From: Pyrobaculum sp.
GTDB lineage: Archaea > Thermoproteota > Thermoprotei > Thermoproteales > Thermoproteaceae
Assembly: GCA_046293555.1 (NCBI GenBank)
Contig: JBKBOT010000008.1
Location: 24,750-57,396, forward strand
Length of the DNA stretch: 32,647 nt
Direction of reading: 5' to 3'
Part shown: positions 1 through 9,468 of the stretch, piece after piece
Layout of the letters: each line of letters opens with the position of its first letter
Position numbering within the stretch: the first letter of the stretch is position 1
The notes under the pieces: generated by a model
Databases searched by the model: none
What the model was told of the DNA's origin: nothing
The model's input: only the letters and a program-made list of their open reading frames with translations
Position numbers and translations under genes: made by a program

Positions 1-960
1 CGGTTTAGACTTCCCCCCTCCCCCCCTGCGGGCGGCACGCCGTGTGGAATTTGTGGCCGTGGGTGTGCCATACCTGAGGGGGGCGTGGGGTACTGCGGCC
101 TTGTGCGCAACGAGGGGGGCAAGTTGCGTAGGCCTGGGGGGGATATCAAGGTGGGCGTCTTGTCTTACTACTACGACCCCATACCCACCAACTGTGTGGC
201 GGATTGGATCTGTCCAGCCTCTACAGGCAGGGGGTACCCCAGGTACTCAAAATCCCCCCGGGGGGAGGTGGGGTATTACAACCTCGCGGTTTTCTACGGG
301 GCATGTAGCCTAGATTGTCTCTACTGCCAAAATTGGCAATATAGACAGTACCCAAGCCGCCCCCGCCTGGCGTCAGTAGAGGAGCTAGACAGGGCCATGG
401 AGAGGGGGGTGGCTTGTGTGTGTTTCTTTGGCGGAGATCCGGCGCCCCAGACCACACACGCGTTGATGGTAGCCAGAAGGGCCGCGGGGCGGGGGGTAAA
501 GGTGTGTTGGGAAACTTCAGGCCAGCTGGCCCCCCACCTGCTCGAAAAGGTGGTAGAACTCTCGCTGGAGAGTGGCGGCATTGTGAAATTTGACCTCAAG
601 GCCTTTACCCCCAGCGTATATAAGGCGCTTACAGACGGCGAGGTGGATATAGTTTTACGTAACTTCAAGGCCGCGGCGAGGAGGTTTAGAGAGAGGCCAG
701 AGGTGCCGCTCGTGGTGGCGTCCCTGTTGCTGGTGCCGGGCTATGTAGACGAGGTGGAGGTAGACCTCTTGACTAAATTCATAGCTTGGGTAAACCCGGA
801 GATACCCACCCGCCTCCTGGCCTTCCATCCGGACTACCTCCTAGACGACCTGCCCCCCACCTCTATTAGACATGCAGACAGGGCGGTGAAAATCGCCAGG
901 GAAAACGGCCTTGTGGAAATAGCTGTGGGAAACGCGTGGCTTTTAGGAGATTACTACTAG
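1..960 (+). CDS. Radical SAM protein (PflA/AmmeMemoRadiSam-like), 5'-truncated by the window edge
   Basis: Frame is open from base 1 (RFRLPPSPPAGGTPCGICGRGCAIPEGGVGYC), so the track start at 85 is internal. CxxxCxxC motif CSLDCLYCQN, FFGGDP motif and an N-terminal Cys cluster. Confidence 0.85.
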   Translation, partial: RFRLPPSPPAGGTPCGICGRGCAIPEGGVGYCGLVRNEGGKLRRPGGDIKVGVLSYYYDPIPTNCVADWICPASTGRGYPRYSKSPRGEVGYYNLAVFYGACSLDCLYCQNWQYRQYPSRPRLASVEELDRAMERGVACVCFFGGDPAPQTTHALMVARRAAGRGVKVCWETSGQLAPHLLEKVVELSLESGGIVKFDLKAFTPSVYKALTDGEVDIVLRNFKAAARRFRERPEVPLVVASLLLVPGYVDEVEVDLLTKFIAWVNPEIPTRLLAFHPDYLLDDLPPTSIRHADRAVKIARENGLVEIAVGNAWLLGDYY

Positions 961-2075
961 CGACAATAAGGCCTTATGTACTTATAGACGTCGCTAAGAC
1001 GCGGCCTTTCTTTAAACAGGACCACGTTGGGCATAAGCTCCCTCCAGGTGGCTGTAGCTAGCTCCTCGTTTACTAGAATCAACATGGGGTGTCCCACTTT
1101 GGCCAACTTCTCGTATTTACGCCTTAGATAATCTGGAGTCCAAAAGCCCACGATTTCGACATATAAGTCGCCAATTTTAAAATCGGGGATGTATACCCTT
1201 CTGTCTACTACCAACACCTCTGGCTCTCTCTCTATTGGACATACCCTCCCCACCTGCCTGTAGAACTCCCGCTCTACCGTGCTGTCAAACTCCCCTCCAT
1301 CAAGAGGCTCTCTTGGCAGCGGCGGGGCGTCACGCCAGTTTTCAAAAAAGCGGTATTTCTTCTCGCCGATTTTCACCACAGCCTCAATTTTCCACACGTC
1401 TAGAGCGACGATATAAGGCACTAATTTGGCCAGCCTTGTGCCATATCTTTCTGTCTGTCTGAACAGAGAGACAGGGCCGTCAAATTGGAACTCAAGCCCT
1501 CCCTCCCTCTCCTCTACTATATACATAAGCCTCAGCCCCTTTACAGCCCTCACCAAGCTCTTCACCGCCTTTGGGGCGTTGGGGACCCACGTCTTGACGT
1601 AAAGAGACTTAAAGAGGAGGGCTTGAATCAAGGAGAGGTTGTAGGCTTTTAACAACTGGCCCGGCGTGATTTCTGGAGGCCGCAATATCGCCCTATTTCC
1701 CTCATAGGCCTTCAGGAAGAGGCTTTTTACGGCCTCTACCCCCAGTCTAAGCCTGGCGGCGGCGGCCTCAAAGGCCTTTTCTCTCTCCTGTGGAGTCAGG
1801 GCGAGGCCCGTGGATGCTTTAAACACCTCAAGCCTCACCCTAGTCACAAGCCTGGCGTCTACCTCCTCAGTTTTTATAAACCGCTCGGCGATGTGGGCTA
1901 GGCCCCTAAAGAGCTTCCTGTCCCCCAGACCATCCACCTTGTTTCTAAACTCGTCTAAAGTCTTGCAGCTACCTGCAGCCTTTAGCACCAGACGTGCTGG
2001 CATCTCGTCGTGTAGATAGAGGGGCTTTACCACATCTCCCCTCCTCCGCGCCCTTAGGTAGTCAATAGGGATCAC
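957..2075 (-). CDS. bax1: DUF790 family nuclease (Bax1, XPB partner)
   Basis: YNLSLIQALLF, DGPVSLF..TERYG and FDSTVE..F motifs; PD-(D/E)xK-like IPDF..YVEIVGFWTPDYL..K; translationally coupled to xpb. Confidence 0.85.
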   Translation of the reverse strand: MIPIDYLRARRRGDVVKPLYLHDEMPARLVLKAAGSCKTLDEFRNKVDGLGDRKLFRGLAHIAERFIKTEEVDARLVTRVRLEVFKASTGLALTPQEREKAFEAAAARLRLGVEAVKSLFLKAYEGNRAILRPPEITPGQLLKAYNLSLIQALLFKSLYVKTWVPNAPKAVKSLVRAVKGLRLMYIVEEREGGLEFQFDGPVSLFRQTERYGTRLAKLVPYIVALDVWKIEAVVKIGEKKYRFFENWRDAPPLPREPLDGGEFDSTVEREFYRQVGRVCPIEREPEVLVVDRRVYIPDFKIGDLYVEIVGFWTPDYLRRKYEKLAKVGHPMLILVNEELATATWRELMPNVVLFKERPRLSDVYKYIRPYCR

Positions 2076-3427
2076 GCCAGCCCCCTTTTCCTCCTCCTCG
2101 CGGTGGCCACCTCTCTGGTCTCCGCCACCACCACCTCATATATCTTGGCCCTCTGGGGCTTTAGCCTCAAGGCTCTGCCCATCCTCTGGATAAACTGCCT
2201 CACGCTCGAGGTGCCCCCCAGTATTACCACCACCTCCACATCTGGCACGTCCACCCCCTCGTCCAGCACCCTGCCTGTCACCACCGCCTTTATCTCCCCC
2301 CTTCTAAACATGGCCATAACCTGTTCTCTCTCCTGTGGACTTATGTCGTGTGTCACCAGCGGCATTAAATAGGCTTCAGACACGGCGCGGGCCAGGGAGG
2401 TGTATTCAGTAAAAACCAGGATCTTGGCCCCCCTATGTCTCTCCAAGATGTGGCGCAACGCCTCTATCTTACCCCTACTTTCTAACACCAGCCTCCTCAT
2501 GGCGTGCCACGCCTCCAGCGCCTCTCTCGCCTCTGGGTCCCTACCTGCCATCACTACTAGCTTCTGGAAGTCTGTAGGCGACTTGAACCTCAGCCCCCTC
2601 TTCCTGAGGTATCTCAGATATCTCCCCTCCAGCCTTTTGTATAGCTCCCGCTCCTCCTCCGTGAGGTCTGTCCTCACGACCTCTATCTCGTAGTCTGCGG
2701 TCCAGACCCCCCTCGCCTCTCCTGGCGACATTCTGTACACCACAGGCCCCACGAGCCAGTTCACATCGACGTGAAGCCCATCTGCCCTCTCCAACGTCGC
2801 CGTGAGGCCTAGCCTATAGGGGGCTGGACTCAACTCGGCTATCTGCCTATATGAGGGGGAGGGGAGGTGATGTACCTCGTCAAAAACTAGAAACATGTAC
2901 CTATTGCCTAAACTCTCCACGGCGGCGTAGGCAGAGTCGTAGGTAATCACAGTGACACAACTCTCCCTCTTCTCCTCGCCGTACCAGATCCCCACCCTCC
3001 CGGGGAAGTAATGCGCCAGCCTGCCCCGCCACTGGTGGGCCAGCTCCACCGTGGGCACCACCACAAGAGTTGGGGCCTTCAGGTGGGCAATCGCCGCCAT
3101 GGCCACATGTGTCTTCCCGGCGCCGGTGGGCATGACCACCACCCCCCTCCTGGCCTTTAGCCAGGAGGATAGAGCTTGACTTTGATGCGGCCTAAGCCTC
3201 ACCTCAGCCGCCGGCCTCACCTCCGTACAGTGAAAACTCCACACCCTATCCTCCACCTTAACCCCAGCCGCCCTGGCGGCAGCCAGAAGCCGGGGGTAAT
3301 ATATGGCCAGAGCCCTATATCTCCCAACCCGCTCGTCAAACTTTAGGAAGGAGAGGCCGGCCAACTCCCTCGGGATGGTGCCTCCCAGCAGTATGGTGCC
3401 TCTATCCCAAGTTATCTCTACTCCCAC
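2072..3427 (-). CDS. xpb: XPB/Rad25 superfamily II DNA repair helicase
   Basis: LRPHQ, Walker A PTGAGKT, DEVHH, GLTAT, DEGVDVP and QRMGR motifs; adjacent to DUF790. Confidence 0.9.
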   Translation of the reverse strand: MGVEITWDRGTILLGGTIPRELAGLSFLKFDERVGRYRALAIYYPRLLAAARAAGVKVEDRVWSFHCTEVRPAAEVRLRPHQSQALSSWLKARRGVVVMPTGAGKTHVAMAAIAHLKAPTLVVVPTVELAHQWRGRLAHYFPGRVGIWYGEEKRESCVTVITYDSAYAAVESLGNRYMFLVFDEVHHLPSPSYRQIAELSPAPYRLGLTATLERADGLHVDVNWLVGPVVYRMSPGEARGVWTADYEIEVVRTDLTEEERELYKRLEGRYLRYLRKRGLRFKSPTDFQKLVVMAGRDPEAREALEAWHAMRRLVLESRGKIEALRHILERHRGAKILVFTEYTSLARAVSEAYLMPLVTHDISPQEREQVMAMFRRGEIKAVVTGRVLDEGVDVPDVEVVVILGGTSSVRQFIQRMGRALRLKPQRAKIYEVVVAETREVATARRRKRGLA

Positions 3428-4287
3428 CCCACCTCCACCCCCGCCCCCACCTCCCTCGCCCTTTCTAACACGTAGCCGGCCATAGCCACGTCGAAAAGGG
3501 GGTTCCCCACAGACTTGTAGATCTTTACATCCCCGAAGCCACAGGGGGCGCCCTTGAGGAAATCCCCCATGTACACCCAGCTCTCAGCCACGTCGTCAGA
3601 CTCGTCTTTAGCGTGTGGGTTATCTACCAACATGCAGCCAGCCCTCTGTTTTGCCTCCTCGTCTAGTTCTCTCACAGGCCGCGGGGCCCCTATGGAGATC
3701 ACCACGGCGCCGGACCTCAGCTCTCCGCCTAAAACCACCGGCGTCCTTGAGGTAGTGGCAGTAACCACCAGGTCGCATCTCAACACTTCAGACAGGGGGG
3801 AAGCCCTGGCTTTATATCTTGCCGCCAGCTCTCTCGCCCTCTCTTCAGCCACGTCAAAAATCTTGAACTCCGCCTCCGGGTAGAGAGACCTAAAGACCTT
3901 GAGGTGGTACTCCCCCTGTAGGCCCGCCCCGGCCAGCCCTATGGCGCCGGGCTGTGCCCCCAGGGCTCTGGCCGCCACCCCGCTGGCGGCGGCGGTCCTC
4001 CACGCAGTTAGCTGCGTGCCGTTTATCAAGGCGATGGGGGTGCCCCGCTCCGGGTGGAACACCACCACCACTGCCCTCACGCTGGGCCTAGCCTTTGGGT
4101 AGATGCCCACAAGCTTCACGGCTATCCCCACCCCCTCCATGTGGCCCACCATTGGCGCAAACCAGGTGTCCCCCACCGTAAGCGCCTGGCGGGGGAGGAA
4201 CCTTGCCCCAGCTAGATACCCCCGGCGGATGGCCTCCACGGCCTCGACGGGGTTGACAAGAGGGTCGATGTTAGGTAGTAACAACAT
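3418..4287 (-). CDS. Ornithine cyclodeaminase / mu-crystallin / alanine dehydrogenase family protein
   Basis: LTAWRTAAAS, Rossmann GAGLQG, VTATTS and YKSVG...D motifs. Confidence 0.85.
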   Translation of the reverse strand: MLLLPNIDPLVNPVEAVEAIRRGYLAGARFLPRQALTVGDTWFAPMVGHMEGVGIAVKLVGIYPKARPSVRAVVVVFHPERGTPIALINGTQLTAWRTAAASGVAARALGAQPGAIGLAGAGLQGEYHLKVFRSLYPEAEFKIFDVAEERARELAARYKARASPLSEVLRCDLVVTATTSRTPVVLGGELRSGAVVISIGAPRPVRELDEEAKQRAGCMLVDNPHAKDESDDVAESWVYMGDFLKGAPCGFGDVKIYKSVGNPLFDVAMAGYVLERAREVGAGVEVGWE

Positions 4288-4315
4288 GCCTCTTACTAAG
4301 TCTATAATTTAAATC

Positions 4316-4820
4316 TTAAGAAGTAGCCACGGTGGCCGTTATGACAAACGCCGCCTCGGGCCTATCCGCCAGGGGGAGCCAGCTCGTGCCGTAGAAGCTT
4401 GAAATCAGGAGGGTGGGGATGGCCACAGCCACGTCAGTCGCCTCATGGAGGCGTGATAGTTGCACCACCGCGGCGTATAAAAGCCGGAGGTCTCCGGCGT
4501 ATCTCCGCAAGGGGCCCTTCTTGCCGCAGACCTGGCGTAGGTGTACTGCCTATAGCAAGCCCCCTCGTTCCTGCGCGATCTGTTGCGTGTAGTAAAGCAG
4601 GTTATAGGAGGCCGTCTCCCGGCTTCACCCCCCGCCTCAGCTGTAGTCATGTCGGGAAAAGTCTCGGCGTCTGTCAGCATCTTGGAGAAGGCCTCTTGTA
4701 TAGAGCCGTAGGGCCCCTTGACGTCTTGCCGCCTATATCCGCCGGCCTCTTCTCCACCACCTCTCCCCCCTCGGGAGCCACGTGGGGGATCTGAACGACA
4801 ACCCCAAATATATATGCCAT
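4316..4820 (-). pseudogene. Degenerate CorA-family Mg2+/Co2+ transporter remnant
   Basis: CorA C-terminal signatures are split between frames (SMRRLT in one, AIPTLLISSFYG...LPLA in another). GMN motif lost, in-frame TAG at 4550-4552, several frameshifts. 5' limit uncertain. Confidence 0.6.
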
Positions 4821-4832
4821 GTAAGAAATGTT

Positions 4833-5303
4833 GTGAGATATATCGCTTTGTTGGGCCTGGCGGCTCTAATGGCCGCCCTTCCCCCCTTTGGACATCTGGC
4901 GGCAATTTTCACAATCTTCTTTTTTAGAAACCACATAACGTGGGTTAGGCTAAACCCCAAGCCCCTCCTCGCGGCGTTTTTGACATACGCCGCCGCCTTT
5001 GCCCTAGATTACATGACGGCGGGCCCACCAGCCTACGTCCCAGCGTGGTGGGAGGCCGTGATAGTGGCGCCGCTGGCAGAGGAGTTTGTCTTCAGGGCTT
5101 TGGCCTTCTCCCTACTCCCCAGGCCGCTATCTTGGCTCTTCGCGGTGGCGATATTCGGCGCTCTTCACAACATGCCGCATTTAGCCGCGCTCTACGGCCT
5201 CGCCCTATCTCTCGCATATAGGGGCGGGGGCCTTGTGGCCTCTGTGGCTCTACACTCTATAAACAACGCGTTGTGGCTGGCGCTAGCTGCAGGCACGCTC
5301 TAA
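4833..5303 (+). CDS. CPBP (Abi/CAAX) intramembrane metalloprotease
   Basis: APLAEEFVFR, FGALH and HSINN motifs. GTG 4833 preferred over 4782 because of a TATA-like AAATATATA at 4806-4814. Confidence 0.85.
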   Translation: MRYIALLGLAALMAALPPFGHLAAIFTIFFFRNHITWVRLNPKPLLAAFLTYAAAFALDYMTAGPPAYVPAWWEAVIVAPLAEEFVFRALAFSLLPRPLSWLFAVAIFGALHNMPHLAALYGLALSLAYRGGGLVASVALHSINNALWLALAAGTL

Positions 5304-6716
5304 AAACTTTTGATATATCCCCCACAGCCTTTCCGGCGGGTGAAAACCTCTTACGTGACTCCAGGGCAGCGGCTCCCTCCTGGGCGAGAAGACGTACCGC
5401 AGCTCCCCCCTCCGCAGCAATCCCCTCCAGTAGGCAAGAGGCGCGTCTATAGAGGCCTCGATATGTCTAAAAGCCTCCCTGCCCCCAAGGGCTATGGCCG
5501 CCTGTATTGCCGCCAGCGTGGGGTCGTAGTGAGAAAAGACGTCATGTGGCATCCCTCTGGCTAGCTCTATCCTCCTCTCCAGCTCCCTCAGTTCTGCCAT
5601 GGGGTGGTACTGAAGCGGCGTCTGGGGCTTAGGCACCATGGGGTTTACGCTGAGATGTAGCTCCACCCCCGTCTTTTTGACCTCTCTAACTAACTCCCCC
5701 ACCTGACGTATGTCTTCCTCCCCCTCGCAGGGGAGTCCAACCATTAGGTAGAGCTTAAGCCTCATGCCCAGCCCCGCGGCCTTTTTCGCCACCCTCAAAA
5801 CGTCCCCATCTGACATCTCCTTACCTAAAGCCCTCCTCAGCCTCTCGCCTGTCTCTGGCGCTATGGTTAAAGTCCTCTGGCCTAACTTGTGGAGAAGCTC
5901 TAGTGTCTCCCCGTCTAGCAGCTCAGCCCTCAGAGAGGGGATGGAGAGGGGTATCCCCCTGGCAGCCGCCTCGGAGAGCAGTTTTTTAAAGTCGCCATGT
6001 GCGTTGGCGGTTAGAGCCACAATTGACGGCCTTATGTGATATCTTTTATACAGCCTCTCCAAGTCGCTTAGAACGTCCCAAATGTCTCTCTGCCTATAGG
6101 GCTTTGTGATATAGCTCTCCATACAGTATAGACACGAGTAGGGACACCCTCTCGCCAGCTCTACAGAGAGGCTAAAGGCGGCCTGGGGCTCCGGCAGCCT
6201 TCTGTGGTCAACCTCCAGCCTGTCCGAATAGGCGATGGGGACCTCCGTAGGGCCTTTAGCCGGATAGTAGAGACCTGGCCCCCCCACCTCCACCCCTGTG
6301 GCCATATACTCCACCAGCTTTCCCCACACGGCTTCTAGCTCCCCCAAGACGATCACGTCGGCGAGTTCCGCCAGAGGCTCAGGGTTTGCCGTAAGCGGGG
6401 GCCCTCCCAGAACTACCTTGGGCTTTCCCCTAAGCGCCGCCCGCGTCTCTACCCCCCCATCTTTCAACATCTTTACGACCTTTATATAGTCCAGCTCGTA
6501 GTGTACAGACGCCATTATGTAGTCAAAATGTCGTAAAGGCGTCCCCTCCTCAACGCCCCTCGGCCCCCTATCTGCGGTAAATCTCTCCACATAAAACCCA
6601 ACGTCCCACAGCCTGAAGTACAGCACGTGAAACACAGCCGAGGACATAGCCACAGGGTAGGCTGAGGGGTAGAGAAGAGCCACCCTTACGGCCCCCCTCC
6701 TGTATTTACGCCTCAC
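5283..6716 (-). CDS. Radical SAM protein with N-terminal B12-binding-like domain
   Basis: ELARGCPYSCLYC; VVLGGP..TANPEP..DVIVLGE; TIAPETG; MVGLP.E; PKPQTP. Confidence 0.85.
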   Translation of the reverse strand: MRRKYRRGAVRVALLYPSAYPVAMSSAVFHVLYFRLWDVGFYVERFTADRGPRGVEEGTPLRHFDYIMASVHYELDYIKVVKMLKDGGVETRAALRGKPKVVLGGPPLTANPEPLAELADVIVLGELEAVWGKLVEYMATGVEVGGPGLYYPAKGPTEVPIAYSDRLEVDHRRLPEPQAAFSLSVELARGCPYSCLYCMESYITKPYRQRDIWDVLSDLERLYKRYHIRPSIVALTANAHGDFKKLLSEAAARGIPLSIPSLRAELLDGETLELLHKLGQRTLTIAPETGERLRRALGKEMSDGDVLRVAKKAAGLGMRLKLYLMVGLPCEGEEDIRQVGELVREVKKTGVELHLSVNPMVPKPQTPLQYHPMAELRELERRIELARGMPHDVFSHYDPTLAAIQAAIALGGREAFRHIEASIDAPLAYWRGLLRRGELRYVFSPRREPLPWSHVRGFHPPERLWGIYQKFLERACS

Positions 6717-6745
6717 ATAGATATTTACCCCCGTTATAAAAACCC

Positions 6746-7183
6746 GTGGACGTCATAAGGGCGTTGAGAAGTGGGGAATATGTAGTATATATGGTTGTGT
6801 TACTGCTTACAGCCCTCCTGTTGGCCATGTCTATATACCTAGCGGCTTTGCGGATATATGAGCTGTTTACATCAGTCTCCTCTCCTCCAGAGGTCTTAGC
6901 CCAAGCTATATACAACGCGCTGTCTGACATATTTCTAGTGGTGGTCTTCGTGGAGCTAATAGACACTTTTATCACGTATATAGAACAGCGGCGGATTGTG
7001 GTATATAGAATTATCGACGTGGCGCTCGTGGCTTTGGCCAGAGAGCTTTTTGTATACCTAGCGCCAATAAACCAGAAGTTCGAGTTTGACAAAGCCCTGG
7101 CGATAATTGCGGCCACCTTGATAATTGGCGTCGTGGATTACCTCCAGCGGAGGGGCCTCGCTGGAGAGAGGAGAAGGAGGTGA
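6746..7183 (+). CDS. PsiE family membrane protein
   Basis: Four hydrophobic segments; VELIDT and IIDVALVALARE patterns. Confidence 0.75.
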   Translation: MDVIRALRSGEYVVYMVVLLLTALLLAMSIYLAALRIYELFTSVSSPPEVLAQAIYNALSDIFLVVVFVELIDTFITYIEQRRIVVYRIIDVALVALARELFVYLAPINQKFEFDKALAIIAATLIIGVVDYLQRRGLAGERRRR

Positions 7184-7213
7184 AAATATATTAAGCCCAC
7201 CCTCCACCTCTCC

Positions 7214-7555
7214 GTGTCGCTAGAGGTAGTCAACATCTCTGTTAGAGAAAACAGGCTGTTGGGGAGGAGAGAGGTGTTGATAGAAGTGACGCATCCCAAC
7301 TCGCCGACACCCACACGGCAGGCAATAAGAGAGCTGGTGGCAAGACAGCTGGGGGCACATCTAAACAACGTGGTTGTGAGAAAAATAGAGACAGAATACG
7401 GCGTGGGGAGATCTACGGCAGAGATACATGTATATCAAGACCCCCAGTCGGCCAGAGCCATAGAGCCGTTATACATGCTGGCCAGAAATGGCGAGGAGTG
7501 GAAAAAAGAATTCGACGCATGGAGAGCCAAGAAAAAAGAGCGTAAGAAGAAATGA
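7214..7555 (+). CDS. rps24e: 30S ribosomal protein S24e
   Basis: ENRLLGRRE, HPNSPTPTR and TEYGVGRS motifs; basic tail. Confidence 0.95.
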   Translation: MSLEVVNISVRENRLLGRREVLIEVTHPNSPTPTRQAIRELVARQLGAHLNNVVVRKIETEYGVGRSTAEIHVYQDPQSARAIEPLYMLARNGEEWKKEFDAWRAKKKERKKK

Positions 7556-7722
7556 CGAAGAAAAAACTCCCGAGAGCCGCCACGTGGTATGAACTAGAGA
7601 AAGGAGTCTTTAAGTTTAAAAAGAGGTTTTGCCCCAAGTGCGGCTCGGTGATGGCTTTCCACAAAGAGCCGGTGGCCAGGTGGCACTGCGGCAAATGTGG
7701 ATTTACCCAATTCCAGAGGTAA
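7552..7722 (+). CDS. rps27ae: 30S ribosomal protein S27ae (56 aa, not in ORF track)
   Basis: Manual translation MTKKKLPRAATWYELEKGVFKFKKRFCPKCGSVMAFHKEPVARWHCGKCGFTQFQR; zinc ribbon; ATGA overlap with the rps24e stop. Confidence 0.95.
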   Translation: MTKKKLPRAATWYELEKGVFKFKKRFCPKCGSVMAFHKEPVARWHCGKCGFTQFQR

Positions 7723-7759
7723 CACATCTACTTCCGGCCACGGACAGACAGAGCTCTGC

Positions 7760-8779
7760 ATGACTGCCCGCGGGAAGGTTGTTTTAGGCATAGAGTCCAC
7801 AGCACATACCTTCAGCCTAGGCGTGGTGAAAGACGGCGACGTGTTGGGACAGGTGGGGAAGACCTACACGCCGCCTTTAGGCCAGGGGATACACCCGAGG
7901 GAGGCCGCCGAACACCACGTGAAGTACATACCGGCCTTAGTTAGACAGCTTTTAGACAGTTACGGCATCTCATTGGGAGACATAGGGGCTGTGGCCTACT
8001 CCGCGGGGCCGGGGTTGGGGCCCGCGTTGAGGGTGGGGGCCGTCCTCGCCAGAGCTCTGGCGATAAGGCTGGGGGTGCCCCTAGTGCCGGTACACCACGG
8101 GGTGGCTCACATTGAGATAGCCCGCCACGCCGCGGGGTCTTGTGACCCGCTCGTCCTGTTGATTTCTGGAGGCCACACGGTGGTGGCGGGCTTTTCTGAC
8201 GGCAGATATAGAGTATTTGGCGAGACTTTAGACGTGGCTATTGGAAACGCCATAGACGCCTTTGCGAGAGAGGTGGGGCTGGGCTTCCCCGGCGTCCCCG
8301 CCGTGGAGAGATGTGCAGAAGAGGCCACCTCCACACTCCCACTCCCAATGCCCATAGTGGGGCAGGATCTCTCCTACGCCGGCCTCGCCACTTACGCCAT
8401 ACAGCTAGCCAGAGGGGGGGCCCCCCTCCCCCAGGTCTGCAAGTCGCTAGTCGAGACGGCTTACTACATGTTGGCAGAGGTGGTGGAGAGGGCCCTAGCC
8501 TACACCAAAAAGGGGGAGCTCGTGGTGGCTGGCGGCGTGGCGAGAAGCAGGAGGCTTAGAGCCATACTTGAGGAGGTGGGGAGAGAACACGGGGCGGAGG
8601 TGAAGTTCGTTCCGGACGAATATGCGGGAGACAACGGCGCCATGATTGCTCTAACCGGCTATTACGCCTACAGGAGGGGCGTGGCGACAACTCCAGAAAG
8701 AAGTTTTGTAAAACAGAGGTGGAGACTAGACGAGGTGGAAATACCCTGGTTTTACGACTTCTGTCACACCCCCAGGTAG
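7760..8779 (+). CDS. kae1: tRNA t6A37 threonylcarbamoyltransferase Kae1 (KEOPS)
   Basis: VLGIESTAHT, GIHPREAAEHH, GPGLGPAL, VHHGVAHIE, ISGGHT and DNGAMIA motifs. ATG 7760 preferred over 7697, which lies inside rps27ae. Confidence 0.95.
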   Translation: MTARGKVVLGIESTAHTFSLGVVKDGDVLGQVGKTYTPPLGQGIHPREAAEHHVKYIPALVRQLLDSYGISLGDIGAVAYSAGPGLGPALRVGAVLARALAIRLGVPLVPVHHGVAHIEIARHAAGSCDPLVLLISGGHTVVAGFSDGRYRVFGETLDVAIGNAIDAFAREVGLGFPGVPAVERCAEEATSTLPLPMPIVGQDLSYAGLATYAIQLARGGAPLPQVCKSLVETAYYMLAEVVERALAYTKKGELVVAGGVARSRRLRAILEEVGREHGAEVKFVPDEYAGDNGAMIALTGYYAYRRGVATTPERSFVKQRWRLDEVEIPWFYDFCHTPR

Positions 8780-9468
8780 GCTCTCTTCACATGTTCGCTA
8801 TTGGCCAAATCGCCTGCAGGCCCCTCTAACACGATCTGGCCGTTTTCTATCACATATCCGTAGTCACACACCTCTAGCGCCATGGCCACGTTTTGTTCAG
8901 ACAACAAGACGGAGACCTCTTCCCTAAGTTTTTGTAAGTTCTGAAATATAGACTCCACGATCTTTGGCGCCAGGCCTGCGCTAGGCTCGTCGATTAGGAG
9001 GACTTTCGGCCTGCTCATCAACGCCCTGGCTATGGCTAACATCTGTTGTTCCCCACCGCTGAGGGTACCCGCCTTTTGGCCACGCCGCTCTTTAAGTATG
9101 GGGAAGAGGGTGTAGACCCACTCCAGCGTGTCGTAAGCCTTGTCTCTAGCCCTCTTGACATATGCCCCAAGCAGTAGGTTGTCTAAAACAGTCATGTCTG
9201 GAAACAGCCGTCTGCCCTCTGGCACTAGGGCTAACCCCAGCTCTACCTTCTTATGTGGGGGCATATGCGTGATATCTACGCCGGCGAAATAAATGCTGCC
9301 CGACCACGGCCTTACTACCCCCATGGCTGTGAGAAGTGTGGTGGTTTTCCCCGCGCCGTTTGGCCCAAGTAGCGTAGTTATGGTGCCTTTCTCCACGGCG
9401 AGAGATATGTCAAAAAGCACTTTTAACTTGCCGTATCCAGACTCCACCTTTTTTAATGCAAGCGCCAT
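8764..9468 (-). CDS. livF: Branched-chain amino acid ABC transporter ATP-binding protein (LivF-like)
   Basis: GPNGAGKTT, VPEGRRLF, LSGGEQQMLAIARAL and DEPSAGLAP. Confidence 0.92.
   Translation of the reverse strand: MALALKKVESGYGKLKVLFDISLAVEKGTITTLLGPNGAGKTTTLLTAMGVVRPWSGSIYFAGVDITHMPPHKKVELGLALVPEGRRLFPDMTVLDNLLLGAYVKRARDKAYDTLEWVYTLFPILKERRGQKAGTLSGGEQQMLAIARALMSRPKVLLIDEPSAGLAPKIVESIFQNLQKLREEVSVLLSEQNVAMALEVCDYGYVIENGQIVLEGPAGDLANSEHVKRAYLGV

Noticed and set aside
957-3427. Helicase plus nuclease pair as a novel defence system
   Set aside because: Matches the known archaeal XPB-Bax1 repair pair.
4405-4905. 166-aa minus-strand ORF (and the 64-aa ORF at 4316-4510) as real genes
   Set aside because: Atypical composition; better explained as frames of the CorA pseudogene.
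7697-7759. N-terminal extension of Kae1
   Set aside because: Overlaps rps27ae; family similarity begins just after ATG 7760.
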